Assembly (NCBI RefSeq): GCF_006345805.1
Contig: NC_043007.1
Coordinates: 16,926,001-16,990,000, forward strand
Length of the DNA stretch: 64,000 nt
Direction of reading: 5' to 3'
Source of the DNA: Octopus sinensis
Taxonomy: Eukaryota
A model generated the notes under the pieces. That model did not search any database. It had not been told where the DNA came from and saw only the letters and a program-made list of their open reading frames with translations. The translations under genes and the position numbers were made by a program. Positions 1 to 13,333 of this stretch are shown here, in pieces. The first letter of the stretch is position 1; each line of letters starts with the position of its first letter.

Positions 1-723
1 GTGGCCTAGAAGAGGTTAGAAGGGTCAAGTGATAAAGACATTATTCTGCTTAGTGAAGGCATCTGGGAAATGTATAACTGCTGTCATTCACAGAAAAACT
101 ATTGTTTTACCATGAGAAAAGTGCTGTTGAAGTGTTAAGAGAAATTCGGCTATCGAGGATCGAATGCACGCTACACTTGCCTGAAGCCACTACAAATACG
201 TTGTGGAAAAAAAATTATCTACTGTCATGGAGAAAGTGTAACTGTAAAAAAAGCAGAATTATCAGAGTAATGGGCATTCAAAAAAGTATATATGTATAGA
301 AATGTATGAATGAAGTCTTTAATGTTTAAGATTCAAATTCAGGAAGTGCAATAATAATGTTTAGCAGTTCAAAATTGTCAGTAGTGAAATGCAGAATTAG
401 GTCGGCTGATCATTGGTTCAAAGTAATTGAACATAAACAATGAAATGGGTTATTTCCCTTGAGTGTTTAAAAATAATATTGTGTAGGTGGTCTGAGTTAT
501 TTCCCTTGGGTGCATTAAAAAAATTAGTTATATAAGATATATATAAAGGTCCCGTCCAGAGGCCGTATTACCGATTTTTTCAACAATCTAAATATGTCAC
601 GAGGTTTCCAGACATGAGTTCTACTCACGTGTCAAGTTTCATCAAAATCAATAAAACGATGTAGGAGGAATTAGCTACAACGCCACTAACAAACACACAC
701 CGATTTTCCAAATATGTAGTGTA

Positions 724-775
<52 letters not shown>

Positions 776-780
776 CACTA

Positions 781-985
781 TGATAGATCTTTAGCCACTA
801 CACACATTCTTTTCTTTCCTTGTTTCTCTCCTTGTTTTTTCTGTGTCCCTTTCTGTAGAAGAGCGTAGGCTCGAAACGTAAAAGACTTTTTCTATTCCTG
901 AGCGTTATACTAATACATCTGTTTGTTTTGTACACCACCCGTCTTCGTCTTTTGTTTTTTTCGTAAACTCTCCCTATATATATAT
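781..985 (+). mobile_element. Penelope-like terminal fragment with a hammerhead-like motif; related copies at 40520-40720 (-) and 57090-57225 (+)
   Basis: Shared block ctttCTGTAGAaGAGCgtagGCTCGAAAcgTAaaag; TA-flanked. Confidence 0.6.
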
Positions 986-1085
986 ATATATATATATATA
1001 CAAGGAGCAAAGATGCTGAAGATTCAGTATACACCACGTGGCAAAATTATGAGTTGAAAATATTTTTTTTTCCACATATTTTCAA

Positions 1086-1123
<38 letters not shown>

Positions 1124-1599
1124 GTGTTTGTGTGTGCGCGCGCGCATAGAGAGAGAGAAGGAGGAGAGACAAAGAGAGAGAGAGATACGATACTTCACTT
1201 ATACACCAATCCAAGACTTTCCCTCTCTTTAAATAGCCAATAAGTGGCTCTTATGTAGGGAGAGTACACTGATCCAATATCCTACATATGCGATACATCT
1301 GACACGTGCAGATGTGTAGTTGTAGTTAAAGTGTTGGCTTGCGGTCACAAGTTTGAGAGTTTGATTCCTGGACCGAATCATGCGTTATATCCTTGAGCAA
1401 GACACTTCCTTTTCTGTTAGTTAAAAATTGGTACCAGCTTAGATCTGGTGTATCCTTTTCTCCATTTGGCCATCACATTCTTGACAGGTTAAGGGATAGA
1501 AGAACAGAAATGGTATCTACTCCTGCTCGTGGTTATATAGGCACCTAAAACAATCAGGATGGCCTCAAACATCAACACGGATTTGAAATTTTGTTTATA

Positions 1600-1925
1600 T
1601 GATGCCGGTGGCATGTAAAAGGACACCATTCGAGTGTGATCGTTACCAACGTCGCCTTACTGGCACTTGTGCTGGTGGCATGTGTAAAAAGATTCGAGTA
1701 AGGTCATTGCCAGTACTACCTGACTGGCCCCCATGCCGGTAGCACATAAAAAGCACCCACTACACTCTTGGAGTAGTTGGCGTTAGGAAGGGCATCCAGC
1801 TGTAGAAACTCTGCCAGATCAAGATTGAAGTCTGGTGCAGCCATCTGGTTCGCCAGTCCTCAGTCAAAATCGTCCAACCCATGCCAGCATGGAAAGCGGA
1901 CGTTAAACGACAATGATGATGATGA
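1600..1925 (+). mobile_element. RTE 3'-tail-derived repeat
   Basis: ggcgttaggaagggcatccagctgtagaaa...ggacgttaaac(gat)n, shared with the RTE 3' end. Confidence 0.85.
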
Positions 1926-2004
1926 TGATAACTCCATAGTTCTGTTTATTACAATCTGTGCCAGTGAAACTCAGAAGAGCACAGTAAGGACAGATAGAAA
2001 AGTA

Positions 2005-2745
2005 AATGTATTCTATCAAGGGTATCTCAGAAAGAGCTGGTAGAAACGTTAGCACGCCGGGTGGAATGCCTAGTGGTATTTCCTCTGTCGCTACATTCTG
2101 AATTCAAATTCCGCCGAGGTCGACTTTGCCTTTCATCCTTTCGGGGTTGATTAAATAAGTACCAGTTACGCACTGGGGTCAATATAATCGACTTAATCAG
2201 TTTATCTGTCCTTGTTTGTCCCCTCTGTGTTTAGCCCCTTGTGGGTAGTAAAGAAATAGGTATTTTGTCTGCCGTTATGTTCTGAGTTCAAATTCCACCG
2301 AGGTCGACTTTGCCTTTCATCCTTTCGGAGTCGATTAAATAAATACCAGTTACGCACTGGGGTCGATATAATCCACTTAATACCTTTGTCTGTCCTTGTT
2401 TGTCCTGTCTGTGTTTAGCCCCTTGTGGGTAGTAAAGATATAGGTATCTCAGAAAGATCCTGAGGGTTAACTGGCAGGATCGTATCACACATGAGGAGAT
2501 TCTGAAAAGATTGCTCACGGCCACTGCAAGAGATTGTTGGAGAGCGCTGATTCCACCTGGTTGGTCACATCCTCCATCTAGCCGACTAATGTCACTTGAA
2601 AACAGCTATGACTAGGGTACAACTCAATGGCAGATGGAAAAGAAGCAGGTCAAAGATCATTCGGTGGTGGTGGTTTCAAAATGACCTGAAGGCAGTCAAC
2701 ATTATGTGGAATGGATGTGCACAAGAAGCAGCTGACCGGATCTAG
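2005..2745 (+). mobile_element. Old RTE-like LINE fragment interrupted by a SINE B dimer
   Basis: Removing the SINE gives FYQGYLRKILRVNWQDRITHEEIL, the post-RT motif of RTE elements. Confidence 0.6.
2036..2442 (+). mobile_element. SINE B dimer (head plus two 184-bp units) with a 15-bp TSD
   Basis: Units start at 2076 and 2260; TSD ggtatctcagaaaga at 2021-2035 and 2443-2457. Confidence 0.88.
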
Positions 2746-3407
2746 GGGAGGATTACATATATTGAGACACCAAAGTCTTTTAAATGCTTAGGTTTTCTAT
2801 GGTTCTTAATTTCAAAATGGCCACTGTGCTAAGAAGCAGACAAGTAATGACAGGTTGAGAGAGATACCTGAAAACCTGAGATTTCCCTCTGACAAAACTT
2901 AATAAGTACACAACACATTCCTTGGATAATGGAACAATACCTTTAATGATTCTACAAAAAGAAAACAATTGTGTGTCTCTTTGTCGTAAATCTCTGTGTT
3001 ACCACGTGTAGCAACCACGATTGAAAACACGCCATTCTACTTCGTCAGGATAATTGTAAGTACATCCCGAATTCTAGAAAAACCACACACACAGTTTTAT
3101 ATATCAGAAAGCACCACACACGAATATATACACAAAACGAATATAAATCATACTTTCTTCTTCTTCGCTGAGGCATTGCAGTGAGTATCGTGCGCATATT
3201 ATAAACACATCAACCATTAACTCTTTACATCTCTTGATTGTGCATATAATTGTATCCTTTTTTATTCACATATACAATGAGGAAAGCGGGAACAGTTAAC
3301 AACAAAAATAAGATCTTATTTATATATCCCCCTAACAAGTGCACACATTATAAACACACCAACCATTGACTCCTTACATCTCTTGATTGTACATATAATT
3401 GTATCAA

Positions 3408-3445
<38 letters not shown>

Positions 3446-3545
3446 CCAGTCCAAACTAAAACAGTTACTGAAGGCATGGAACATTCTACTAGGTCATATT
3501 CAGTTTTATTTTATTTATTTGGCTGTTGTTTTATTTATAGGCACT

Positions 3546-4208
3546 GACATGGCTGTGTGGTAAGAAGCTTGCTTTCCAACCACATGGTTCCAGTTTCAGT
3601 CCCACTGCGTGCCTCTTTGGGCAAGTGTCTTCTACTATAGCCTCAGCCTGACCAAAGCTTTGTGAGTGGATTTGGTAGACAGAAACTGAAAGAAGCCCGT
3701 CATAGGCACAGAAGTGGATGTGTGGTAAGTAGCTTGCTTACCAACCACATGGTTCTGGGTTCAGTCCCACTGCATGGCACCTTGAGCAAGTGTCTTCTAA
3801 TATAGCCTCAGGCCAACCAAAGCCTTGTGAGTAGATTTGGTAGACGGAAACTGAAAGAAGCCCATCGTATATATGTGTGTGTGTGTGTTTGTGTTTGCAT
3901 GTCTGTGTTTGTCCTCCCAACCATCGCTTGACAACTGATGCTGGTGTGCTCCAGCATGGCCACAGTCAAATAATTGAAACAGATAAAAGAATAAAAGAAT
4001 ATATATATATATATATATATATATGTTTATATTTATGTGTGTGTGTCTTTGGGTCTGTGTTTGTCGTCCCCACCATCATTTGACAACCGATGATGTGTTT
4101 ACATTCCCGTAACCTAGTGGTTCAGCAAAAGAAACTGTTAGAATAAGTACTAAGCTTACAAAAAATAAGTCCTGGGGTTGATTTCCTCAACTAAAAACCC
4201 TTAAAGGC
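3546..4208 (+). mobile_element. tRNA-derived SINE A: a 5' half plus a second copy
   Basis: Head ggctgtgtggtaag...ggttcagtccc (A/B-box-like), core gcaccttgggcaagtgtcttc, internal (TA/TG)n, 3' part. Confidence 0.85.
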
Positions 4209-4317
4209 AACTTGTGCCGCAGGGTCTCGGAGGAGATAAGTGTTAGTTGAAGGCTACAAAACCTGCCATACACAGACAATTTCAGCTTTATATAGAGAGA
4301 TTTACTGGGCTCTCTTT

Positions 4318-4718
4318 CTCTTTTACTTGTTTCAATCATGTGATTGCGGCCATGCTGGAGCACCGCCTTTAGTCGAGCAAATCGACCCTGGGACTTATTC
4401 TTTGTAAGCCCAGTACTTATTCTATCGGTCTCTTTTGCCGAACCGCTAAGTAACGGGGACGTAAACACACCAGCATCGGTTGTCAAGCAATGCTAGGGGG
4501 ACAAACACAGACACACAAACATATACACACACACTTATATATATATACATATATACGACAGGCTTCTTTCAGTTTCCGTCTACCAAATCCACTCACAAGG
4601 CATTGGTCGTCCCGAAGGTATAGCAGAAGACACTTGCCCAAGATGCCACGCAGTGGGACTGAACCTGGAACCATGTGGTTGGTCAGCAAGCTACTTACCA
4701 CACAGCCACTCCTGCGCC
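4318..4718 (-). mobile_element. SINE A, near-intact
   Basis: Full reverse-complement match to the family. Confidence 0.9.
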
Positions 4719-5054
4719 TAGATTAATTCTACTAAAAACAATTCTTCAAGGCGGTGCTCCAGCATGGCCACAGTCTAATGACTGAAGCCAGCAAGTAAAA
4801 GATCGTATGGGATGCAGTGTAATAGCCTTGACAAGCTGCTTTCTGTTGTCATTGTTGTCATTGTAATCAGCTTCATTATTGTTGTTGTTGTTATTGTTGT
4901 TGGTGTTCTTGTCATCATTGTCGTTTTAGCTCCGGTTCGGTTCTCAAATGTTCTCAAATGTTCTCAAGCCAGAATCATCCGGTTTCGTTTTTTTGCTTTT
5001 TCTTTCAAGGACTAACATTATCCAGGATGTCCTTCACACCTGGGGCGGTGCTGC

Positions 5055-5062
5055 TGTTGCTG

Positions 5063-5096
<34 letters not shown>

Positions 5097-5134
5097 CACT
5101 AACACCACCACCACCACCACCACCACTACCACTA

Positions 5135-5226
<92 letters not shown>

Positions 5227-5234
5227 ACTAGTCA

Positions 5235-5268
<34 letters not shown>
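5055..5268 (+). repeat. Compound (CTA/CCA/GCT)n plus (CA)n microsatellite
   Basis: Directly visible. Confidence 0.92.
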
Positions 5269-5270
<2 letters not shown>

Positions 5271-5480
5271 CATGCACACGTATTTGTATTTGTATTAATT
5301 GTATTATTTGATATCCTGTCTGAAAAAATTTCTAATCGAGATCTCTTACATGTTTTCTACTCCATGTACAATTTTGTAACTCCCATTAGCAAATGAAATA
5401 CACGTAATAATGTTTAAATGATACCAAAAAATTCTCCAATCTATTATGCGGCAGAAAATATTTTCCTGTATTTTCACTTA

Positions 5481-5996
5481 CCGTAAATCCTCGAGTATAA
5501 TCCGCATTCCCCCCCCCCCCAGAATTTAAAGGTCAAAATCCCTAGTGCGTATTATATACGAGGTTAAAAATGAAAATTATTTTCTAAGCAATGTCCAAGT
5601 CTCTATTTGCTGTCCGGAAATGTTTATTCAGACGAATTTTGTGATGCCGGGCATGAAAATACCCTAAGCTAAGCCTGAAAGCAATGAAGTCATAAAAGAA
5701 TCATCCATAACTTGCAGTAAGTAACATTTATTAAACGTTATTACTGTTATTTCTTTATTTTCTGCAAACAAAATGCACAAAAAAGCTACACGTTTGCATT
5801 ATGTTATATATACAATAATAATAAAGGATGTTACCGTATACATTTTTACAAACCAAGGATGTTATATAGACCTCCTTGACTCAAGTAAGAGAAGGGGTGC
5901 GAATTATACACAAGGTTTAGGTTTTTCAGAGGTACAACCCCCTAAAAATCCCCTGCGTATTATACTCAAGGGCGGACTATACTCAAGGATTTACAG
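5481..5996. mobile_element. Pogo/Tigger-type MITE
   Basis: TIRs ccgtaaatcctcgagtata / tatactcaaggatttacag, TA at 5479-5480 and 5997-5998, internal subterminal gcgtattata(c)tc repeats. Confidence 0.8.
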
Positions 5997-6204
5997 TATA
6001 TGCACATCTCACACAGATAGGAGTTCAAACCTTATCTGCATAATGTATGTGTGTGTTTAAATAAGTATCAGCTTCCTGACTTTGCATTATCTGTTTCAGC
6101 CTTTCCCATTCTTTACATTCTGAGTTTAGATCCTGCCTAGGTCAACTTTGCCATCCATTCTTTCACGGTTGATAAAATAAAAAAAAATCAGTCACATACC
6201 CTCC

Positions 6205-6690
6205 ATGAGAATACCCTCCATCAGGCATTTGCCATATTCTGAACACCTTACTTCCCTGGGCATGTACACATTGAATCTCCGACGTCTGGCAGCTGACTTA
6301 ACAGACACCCATAAAATTATTAACCTTCTTACAAACAATAGCTCTGAGCACCTTTTCAAATTCCACTTGTCTAACACCCGTGGACATGTTTACAAAGTCA
6401 GAAAACAGCATAGCTCCCATGACTTTTAGAAACATTTTTTTCATGCTAAGAGTTGCTGAAGCATGGAACAAACTGCCAGCATCAGTTGTTAGTTGTCGAA
6501 GCACTGCATCCTTCAAAACTTCCATGCTTTCTGAGATTCGCCAACACTACACCTGATTTTCTCCCCTCCATACACATACAAGCTTGCATCTGACTCATAC
6601 ACTGTTCACTTTCCAGACATCTGTACATTACTGCATATGCTTTATACGCACTTTTTGACAAGTTGTGGTGCACCTGAGCACTGTATACAA
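6205..6690 (+). mobile_element. CR1-type LINE 3' end (a different family)
   Basis: LPYSEHLTSLGMYTLNLRRL...TRGHVYKVRKQ...FF.LRVAEAWNKLP, the CR1 C-terminal motif. Confidence 0.85.
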
Positions 6691-6734
6691 TAATTTCATT
6701 ATATTATTTCATTATATACTGGGTTCTCAATTAA

Positions 6735-6930
6735 ATGAAATGGCTGCATCCAGAGATGATGTGGCTGACTATCATTGGGTGAATTCTGCATATGCAACAC
6801 AGTGGGAACTTTTCATCTTTTAAAACATTACGCTTGTAGCTCCTAGCTGGAAGCAACAACTTACCCCTCAGTTTCCAACTTGAAACCAGAGCATACCAGA
6901 CATTGATGGATACGACTTTGATGTACCTAG
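6735..6930 (-). mobile_element. Decayed RLE LINE fragment (zinc-knuckle region)
   Basis: Minus-strand GFKLETEG and CCICRIHPMIVSHIISGCSHF resemble the ETEG and CxxC..HI.SGC motifs of R4-type ORFs. Confidence 0.55.
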
Positions 6931-7096
6931 ATTCAAATCAGGTATTTGCCAGGCAGTGGTTTTTTGCTCCCATTTCTTCTTAGTTTATTGGGGGCTGGTC
7001 TCTTTGGCTTTATTTTTTATTTGTTTTACCTTTTCACTGAGGGACACATTTTCTTCAGGTACTGGTTCATGTAGTGGCGTTTTTCAAAGGTATATT

Positions 7097-7776
7097 ATCT
7101 ATTTCTTTATTGCCCACAGGGGGCTAAACATAGAGAGGCAAACAAGGACAGACAAAGGGATTAAGTCGATTATATCGACCCCAGTGTGTAACTGGTACTT
7201 ATTTAACCAACTCCGAAAGGATGAAAGGCAAAGCTGACCTCGGCAGAATTTGAACTCAGAATGTAACAGCAGATGAAATACCACTAAGCATTTCGCCCGG
7301 TGTGCAAGCGATTCTTATTTCTTTATTGCCCACAAGGGGCTAAACATAGAGGGGCAAACAAGGACAGACAAAGGGATTAAGTCGATTACAATGACCCCAG
7401 TGCATAACTGGTACTTATTTAATCAACTCCGAAAGGATGAAAGGCAAAGCTGACCTCAGCAGAATTTGGACTCAGAATGTAACGGCAGATGAAATACCAT
7501 TAAGCATTTCGCCCAGTGTGCTAACGATTCTGCCAGCTTGCCACCCTCTCAAAGGTATATTCTTTTCTACTCTAGGCACAAGGCCTGAAATTTTGGCAGA
7601 GGAGGCCAATCGATTAGATTGACCCCAGTAAGCAACTGGTACTTAATTTATCGACCCCGAAAGGATGAAAGGCAAAGTTGACCTCGGCAGAATTTGAACT
7701 CAGAACATAATGGCAGCCGAAATACCGCTACACATTTTACCTGGCATGCTAACGATTCTGCCAGCTCACTACCCTC
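7097..7776 (-). mobile_element. Cluster of SINE B copies
   Basis: Repeated ...ctgagttcaaattc...gtaccag...; the motif tcaaaggtatatt recurs at 7084, 7549 and 7777. Confidence 0.85.
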
Positions 7777-8456
7777 TCAAAGGTATATTGTTGCATCTGT
7801 TGTTGCTGAGTGCAGTTTTTTTTTCCTTTTGGTACCAAAACCAACTATAACATTCAGTTGTTGTAAGTAGGCAAAAAGTCTCATGGTTCCTTACTGGCAT
7901 CTGTTCCAGCTCTTAATGCTCAGAGCTAAATACCATGGAAGCCAACCTTCATTTTTCAGGGTTGATAAAATAAGTACCAGCCAAGCATTGTGGTTGATAT
8001 CTATTTTCTCCCTCCTGAATATCAGCTGAATTCGTCTTGAAGATTGCCCTACCACCTTCTTTTAACCAGGAAGAGTAAGCAGCTTTTTATTTGCCTGGAG
8101 CCATAGCGAAAGAATTGTAGGGTGAATGTGATTGAAAGGGCTGAAGACAAACACTTGCCTCCTTGGTCAATCCTTCATCAACTTCTTCAAGTTTCACTCG
8201 AAGAGGAAAATAAGAGTGGAGAGGGAAGTGTTGAAAGTTGGATGAGAGTGGTAAGCATAGGCCAAGTGAGCAGGCCTGCTCTGAGCTTACCCCTGTAAAT
8301 CACAGATAATGAACTACAAGAAGGCACCTACTCCAAAAGTGAGGGCACCCATGGTGTTGTGGGGGTTTTCCATGAGCAAGCTTTGAATATCCCCTCTAAT
8401 GAGGAATTCTCTGTTAAAATTTTATTACCTCCCTTTTTCATCATCATCATCATCAT

Positions 8457-8498
<42 letters not shown>

Positions 8499-9244
8499 TA
8501 TTATTATTATTATCATTGCTAAACACCTGTTTGCACACAAAACTCTTGCAATGACTCCCCCTACACACACACACACACACACACACACACTCAATGTACT
8601 GTCCAATGCTGTCCTTAATGTCTTCTTAATGTAAATTGTTTGTGGTTAATAAAAGAAATCATCATCATCATCATCATCATCATTGTTGTTATCATTATCG
8701 TTGTTGTCATTATCACCATCATCATCATTGTTGTCGTCATCATCATCATTATCATCATCTTGCTTAATACAGTAATCTCACTGGAGAATGTAAGAAAGTG
8801 TGTGATGTCACAACCACTTAGGTTGAGATAACACTCTTCGTTTTGATTTCAAGAACTCTGTAGAAGATTCATACAGTTCCAAGTGACAATGTTTTCTGTA
8901 GATGCTCTATCTTCACATTCACCACTAGATTTTTTTTGATCCAGTTTGTAAGCTTGTAAGCTTGGTGCTTATTGTACACAAGCTCCAACAACAACTACAA
9001 GACTCACCTTCTTCAATTAATACTGTCTAATTATTATTATCAACATCATTGGTACTACCACTATGAGAGGTCAGAAGATACAATAGTACACCTGACAAAA
9101 TACATTTCAGTACTGAGTCTTCTTGTCTATAAGTGCTAAGTTCAAATTATTCCAGGGATGACTTAGCATTTTGTCCATTGAGCATCAATAAAACTGTTGT
9201 AGGAGAGTAAAAATAATGATTTTTTTCTTTTTGTTTATACGAGT

Positions 9245-9720
9245 GTGATCATTGACAGAGCGGTTAACTGGCTTCCATGCCACTGGCACTTAAAAGGCAC
9301 CATTCGAGTGTGATCGTTACCAGCGTTGCCTTACTGGCACTCGAGCCCCATGCTAGTAGGGTATTAAGAGCACCATCCGAACGTGATCGTTGCCAGAGTG
9401 GCTATCTGGCCTCCGTAAAAGACACCATTCAAGCATGATCGTTACCAGCAGCACCTTACTGGCACCTGTGCCGGTGGCATGTGTAAAAGATTCGAGTGAG
9501 GTCGTTGCCAGTACCACCTGACTGGCCCCCGTGCCGGTGGCACGTAAAAGCACCCGCTACACTCTTGGAGTGGTTGGCGTTAGGAAGGGCATCCAGCTGT
9601 AAAAACTCTGCCAGATCAAGATTGAAGCCTGGTGCAGCCATCTGGTTTGCCAGCCCTCAGTCAAATCGTCCAACCCATGCTGGCATGGAAAGCGGACGTT
9701 AAACGATGATGATGATGACT
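9245..9720 (+). mobile_element. RTE 3'-tail-derived repeat (long variant)
   Basis: Same tail plus upstream gccggtggcacgtaaaagcacc subrepeats. Confidence 0.85.
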
Positions 9721-10714
9721 CCTTGTCTGAATATCGACATAAAAGGTGAGACATGACAGCCGTTTCAAACAATCAGTTACTCATAATGTAAAATAGTGAA
9801 GGTGCATAGCCTAGTTGTTAAGGTGTCACACACATGACTGCAAGATCATGGTTTCATTTCGTAGACTGAATGGTGCGTTTCATATTGCTCAGCACACACT
9901 TCGACGTCTGATGTGTAGCACACCACACAAATATACAAGCAATGTTGATTCGAGTGGAACAAATGAGATAATGAACAATACAAACATTTGATTACTATAA
10001 ACAAATCATCTGTGCTTTCTGTTCAGCACAAAATTTGTTGTTATTTATGATAACAAACTGCATTCACAAAATATATTCTTCACCATGATAATACGCAATT
10101 GCTAATAATATATCAACTGGTTGGGTTCCGAGACCATTTCACAGGAAAACGGAAACACCACTTGCCAATCCTGTCAACAAGTGACAGCTACAATATTAGA
10201 ACAATAGCAGGACATGTTTGAAAATATTAAAGAAAGGTCCTTAAGTTCATATTTTGTATGGAATTTCAGTAAAATAATTCATCGTCACTATTTTAATACC
10301 CACCTTTCCATGCTTAAATGGAATTTGTTGAGGCATGTTTCCTACAAACCGGATGCCCTTCCTTTCACGAACCCTCGCCTTTTTTGCTGTAAGGTAATAT
10401 TTTCCCATGCCTAGACACGTTTTTATGGAGGACTGGAAATGAAGGATACCCTCCTGTATGACAGTGGCACTTGTTTACAACACTCATGCAATATCAAGAC
10501 AAGAATACATTAATTCACAAATGCACACAAGTACAAACACATATATACATATATATATATACACACATACACACACATATATATATATACAAACACACAC
10601 ATATAATACATACATACACATATATATATATGTAATATAAATAATATATAAATATATGCACATATACATATATATATGTACATACCTACATCTACATGTA
10701 TATATACATGCATA

Positions 10715-11060
10715 TATGGGTACGGGACATCAAAAAATCGTTGAACTCAACGAGAAACGAAAACATAAAAACAAAAACAAGGAAACAAACGTTTTTTCAA
10801 ACAACAAAAATACAGAGTACAAGACATACAACACAAGGAATATTCCCCTTCTTCTGTTGTCCCTGTTTCATCTACTCTGCATTTCGAAGGTAAGGGCAAA
10901 ACGCGACTTCGTTGAAACAGTCCTTCCCGCAAAGCAAATTAAATAAAATTGGGGATTTTTTGCGGAGGAGTAAAAGTGGTAACAAGAACAGGACAGCAAG
11001 AACAAAACAAGGCAGTAAAAACAATAAAAAAGTAAAAACAGTAAAAGACAGGACACATAC
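10715..11060 (-). mobile_element. TA/CATA-flanked dispersed repeat, probably Penelope-like; related copies at about 44560-45040 and 52175-52460
   Basis: Colinear blocks (gtac.ggac.tcaaaa, cccttcttc, ttcccgcaaagcaaat) in three places; classification inferred from the ctgatga/cgaaa motifs. Confidence 0.5.
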
Positions 11061-11245
11061 ACATATTGTATATGTATGTGTGTGTGTGTGTGTATTTATA
11101 TCAGTTGCTGTCTACCAAATCCACTCACAAAGCTTTGATTGGCCCAGGGCTTTAGTAGAAGACACTTACCTAAGATGCCACAGAGTGGGACTGAACCCAA
11201 AGCCATACGGTTAATAAAGCAAACTTCTCAAAGACACAATCATAT

Positions 11246-11474
11246 TTCTTATTTCTTTATTGCCCACAAGGGACTAAACACAGAGGGGACAAACAAGGAC
11301 AGACAAATGGATTAAGTCGATTATATCGACCCTAGTGCGTAACTGGTACTTATTTAATCGACCCCGAAAGAATGAAAGGCAAAGTCGACCTCGGCGGAAT
11401 TTGAACTCAGAACGTAAAGACAGACGAAATATTGCTAAGCATTTTACCCGGTATGCTAACATTTCTGCCAGCTC
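11246..11474 (-). mobile_element. SINE B monomer
   Basis: Family match. Confidence 0.88.
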
Positions 11475-11903
11475 AAAGACACAATCATGCCACACCCATT
11501 CCTACCACATACAATTAGAGTTAAAACAAGCTCAGTAAAACGTGGCTAATAAAAGTTAGACTAGTTATGAAAACAGAGAACTATTTATAGAAGTTGCAAA
11601 TTGTTCTTTGTTTAAATACAACATCGCTTCATAAATTTGAAACCATCTGATATATGAGACGGGAAGCTGAACGATAATTTGGAAAAGAGATATATTATAT
11701 AATACAGTATTGAATAAGAAACTAAAGAACAATTCTGGTGAGGGTAAAAGAAAAATAGAAAATTAAATCATAAGGGGTCTATTAGTGAACATGTCCTGGG
11801 TATTATTGTCAATGGTTGAGGGTGTCTTAGCATCACTCAGTAAGACCTTTCTCCACTGCCTTCAAGCTCTCCTATTTAAAGTTATATATGGCTATTTAAT
11901 GCG

Positions 11904-12292
11904 GCGGGCTGGCAGAGTGGTTAGCACACCAGACAAAATGCTTAGCAGTATTTTGTCTGCCAATACGTTCTGAGTTCAAATTCCGCCGAGGTTGACTTTC
12001 CCTTTCATCCTTCCGGGGTCAATTAAATAAGTACCCGTTACGCACTGTGGTTGATATAATCGACTTAATCCGTTTGTTTGTCACCTCTGTGTTTAACCCC
12101 TTGTGGGTAGTAAAGAAATAGGTATTTCGTCTGCCGTTATGTTCTGAGTTCAAATTCCGCCAAGGTCGACTTTGCCTTTCATCCTTTCAGGGTCGATTAA
12201 ATAAGTACCAGTTACACACTGTGGTCGATATAATCGACTTAATCTGTTTGTTTGTCCCCTCTGTGTAGCCCCTTGTGGGTAGTAAAGAAATA
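11904..12292 (+). mobile_element. SINE B dimer with TSD
   Basis: Two units; gttatatatggctat at 11881-11895 and 12303-12317. Confidence 0.87.
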
Positions 12293-12309
12293 GCTATATA
12301 TAGTTATAT

Positions 12310-12430
12310 ATGGCTATGGTATGTCCACATCAATCTGGAACCCCTATCTTCCTCAGTGTATCAGTCTACTGGAAACTGTTCGGAGACTTGCAACCAGACA
12401 AATGCCTGCCATCAAGCATCTACTATACCC
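12310..12430 (+). mobile_element. Small CR1 RT fragment
   Basis: Translates as IWNPYLPQCISLLETVRRLATRQMPAIKHLLY, matching the CR1 W.PYL...LE.VQRRATR motif. Confidence 0.55.
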
Positions 12431-12727
12431 TAAAATTTTTGCATCCCTGGGCATGGAAAACGGATGTTAAATGATGATGATGATGATGATATATATATAT
12501 ACTTGTATAACAATATATATAATTAATTATATATACTTGTATAATTGTATAATAAGTTGATGTAACCTAATGCTTCAATACAATGTTTGATGAAACGAAA
12601 TTGACATGTTACTTAATTATTATGCCACATTATTCAATCTCTGTAATGTATGTAGGACAAGTGCTGAGTGATGGTAGGTCAGAGAGATAGGAAAAATACT
12701 GATTTATATATATATATATATACATAT

Positions 12728-12778
<51 letters not shown>

Positions 12779-12779
<1 letters not shown>

Positions 12780-13333
12780 GATGCAAATAGGCCAGACATC
12801 ATATTGAAAGACTTCAGACAAAGAACATGCCTCCTCATTGATATGACTGTCCCAATCGATATAAACGTATCTGTCAAGACCTACCAAAAACTGAGCAAAT
12901 ATAAAGATCTTGAAATAGAAATCAGCAAAATGTGGAAGCTGAAGACTAAAACAATACCTGTTGTCATAGGTGCCCTGGGAATGATAGCGAAAGGGACTGA
13001 TTGCTACCTAACTCAGATACCAGGAAACCCCAAAATGGCAGAAATTCAAAAGATAGTGCTCATGGGAACTGCTCATATCCTACGCAAAATACTCTCTATG
13101 TAATCCCAAGGTTTAAAACAAACTTATTTTAATTTTTATTTTTATTTTTAATTTTTATTTTTTGTTTTATTTATTTATTTTTTTATGTATTAGACATTCA
13201 CTAGTACAACACCAAAAAAAACAACCCCCCCCCCAAATATATGGCACAGAACATTCCAACCTGTTGTCTCTTGAGGTCTCTGGGTGAGACTTGGAGCCAA
13301 CTTGTACAGACATAAAGCAAAAGTCAAACATAG
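12779..13333 (+). mobile_element. R4/Dong-like RLE LINE 3' end (restriction-like endonuclease domain) inserted in (TAA)n
   Basis: RPDII...IDMTVP...KLSKYKDL...IPVVIGALG...IQKIVLMGTAHILRK is the PD-(D/E)xK RLE C-terminus; (TAA)n on both sides. Confidence 0.88.

Noticed and set aside
1-300. 65-aa ORF at 102-299
   Set aside because: It has no clear motif, and coding-like character shifts between frames; probably a decayed retroelement end, too weak to call.
6865-6935. Apparent exon with a gtaagt donor on the minus strand
   Set aside because: It is better explained as part of the decayed RLE LINE (ETEG and zinc-knuckle motifs).
9008-9091. Minus-strand 84-nt segment with good acceptor and gtgagt donor
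   Set aside because: It has stops in all three frames and no partner exons; it could be a noncoding exon but is unsupported.
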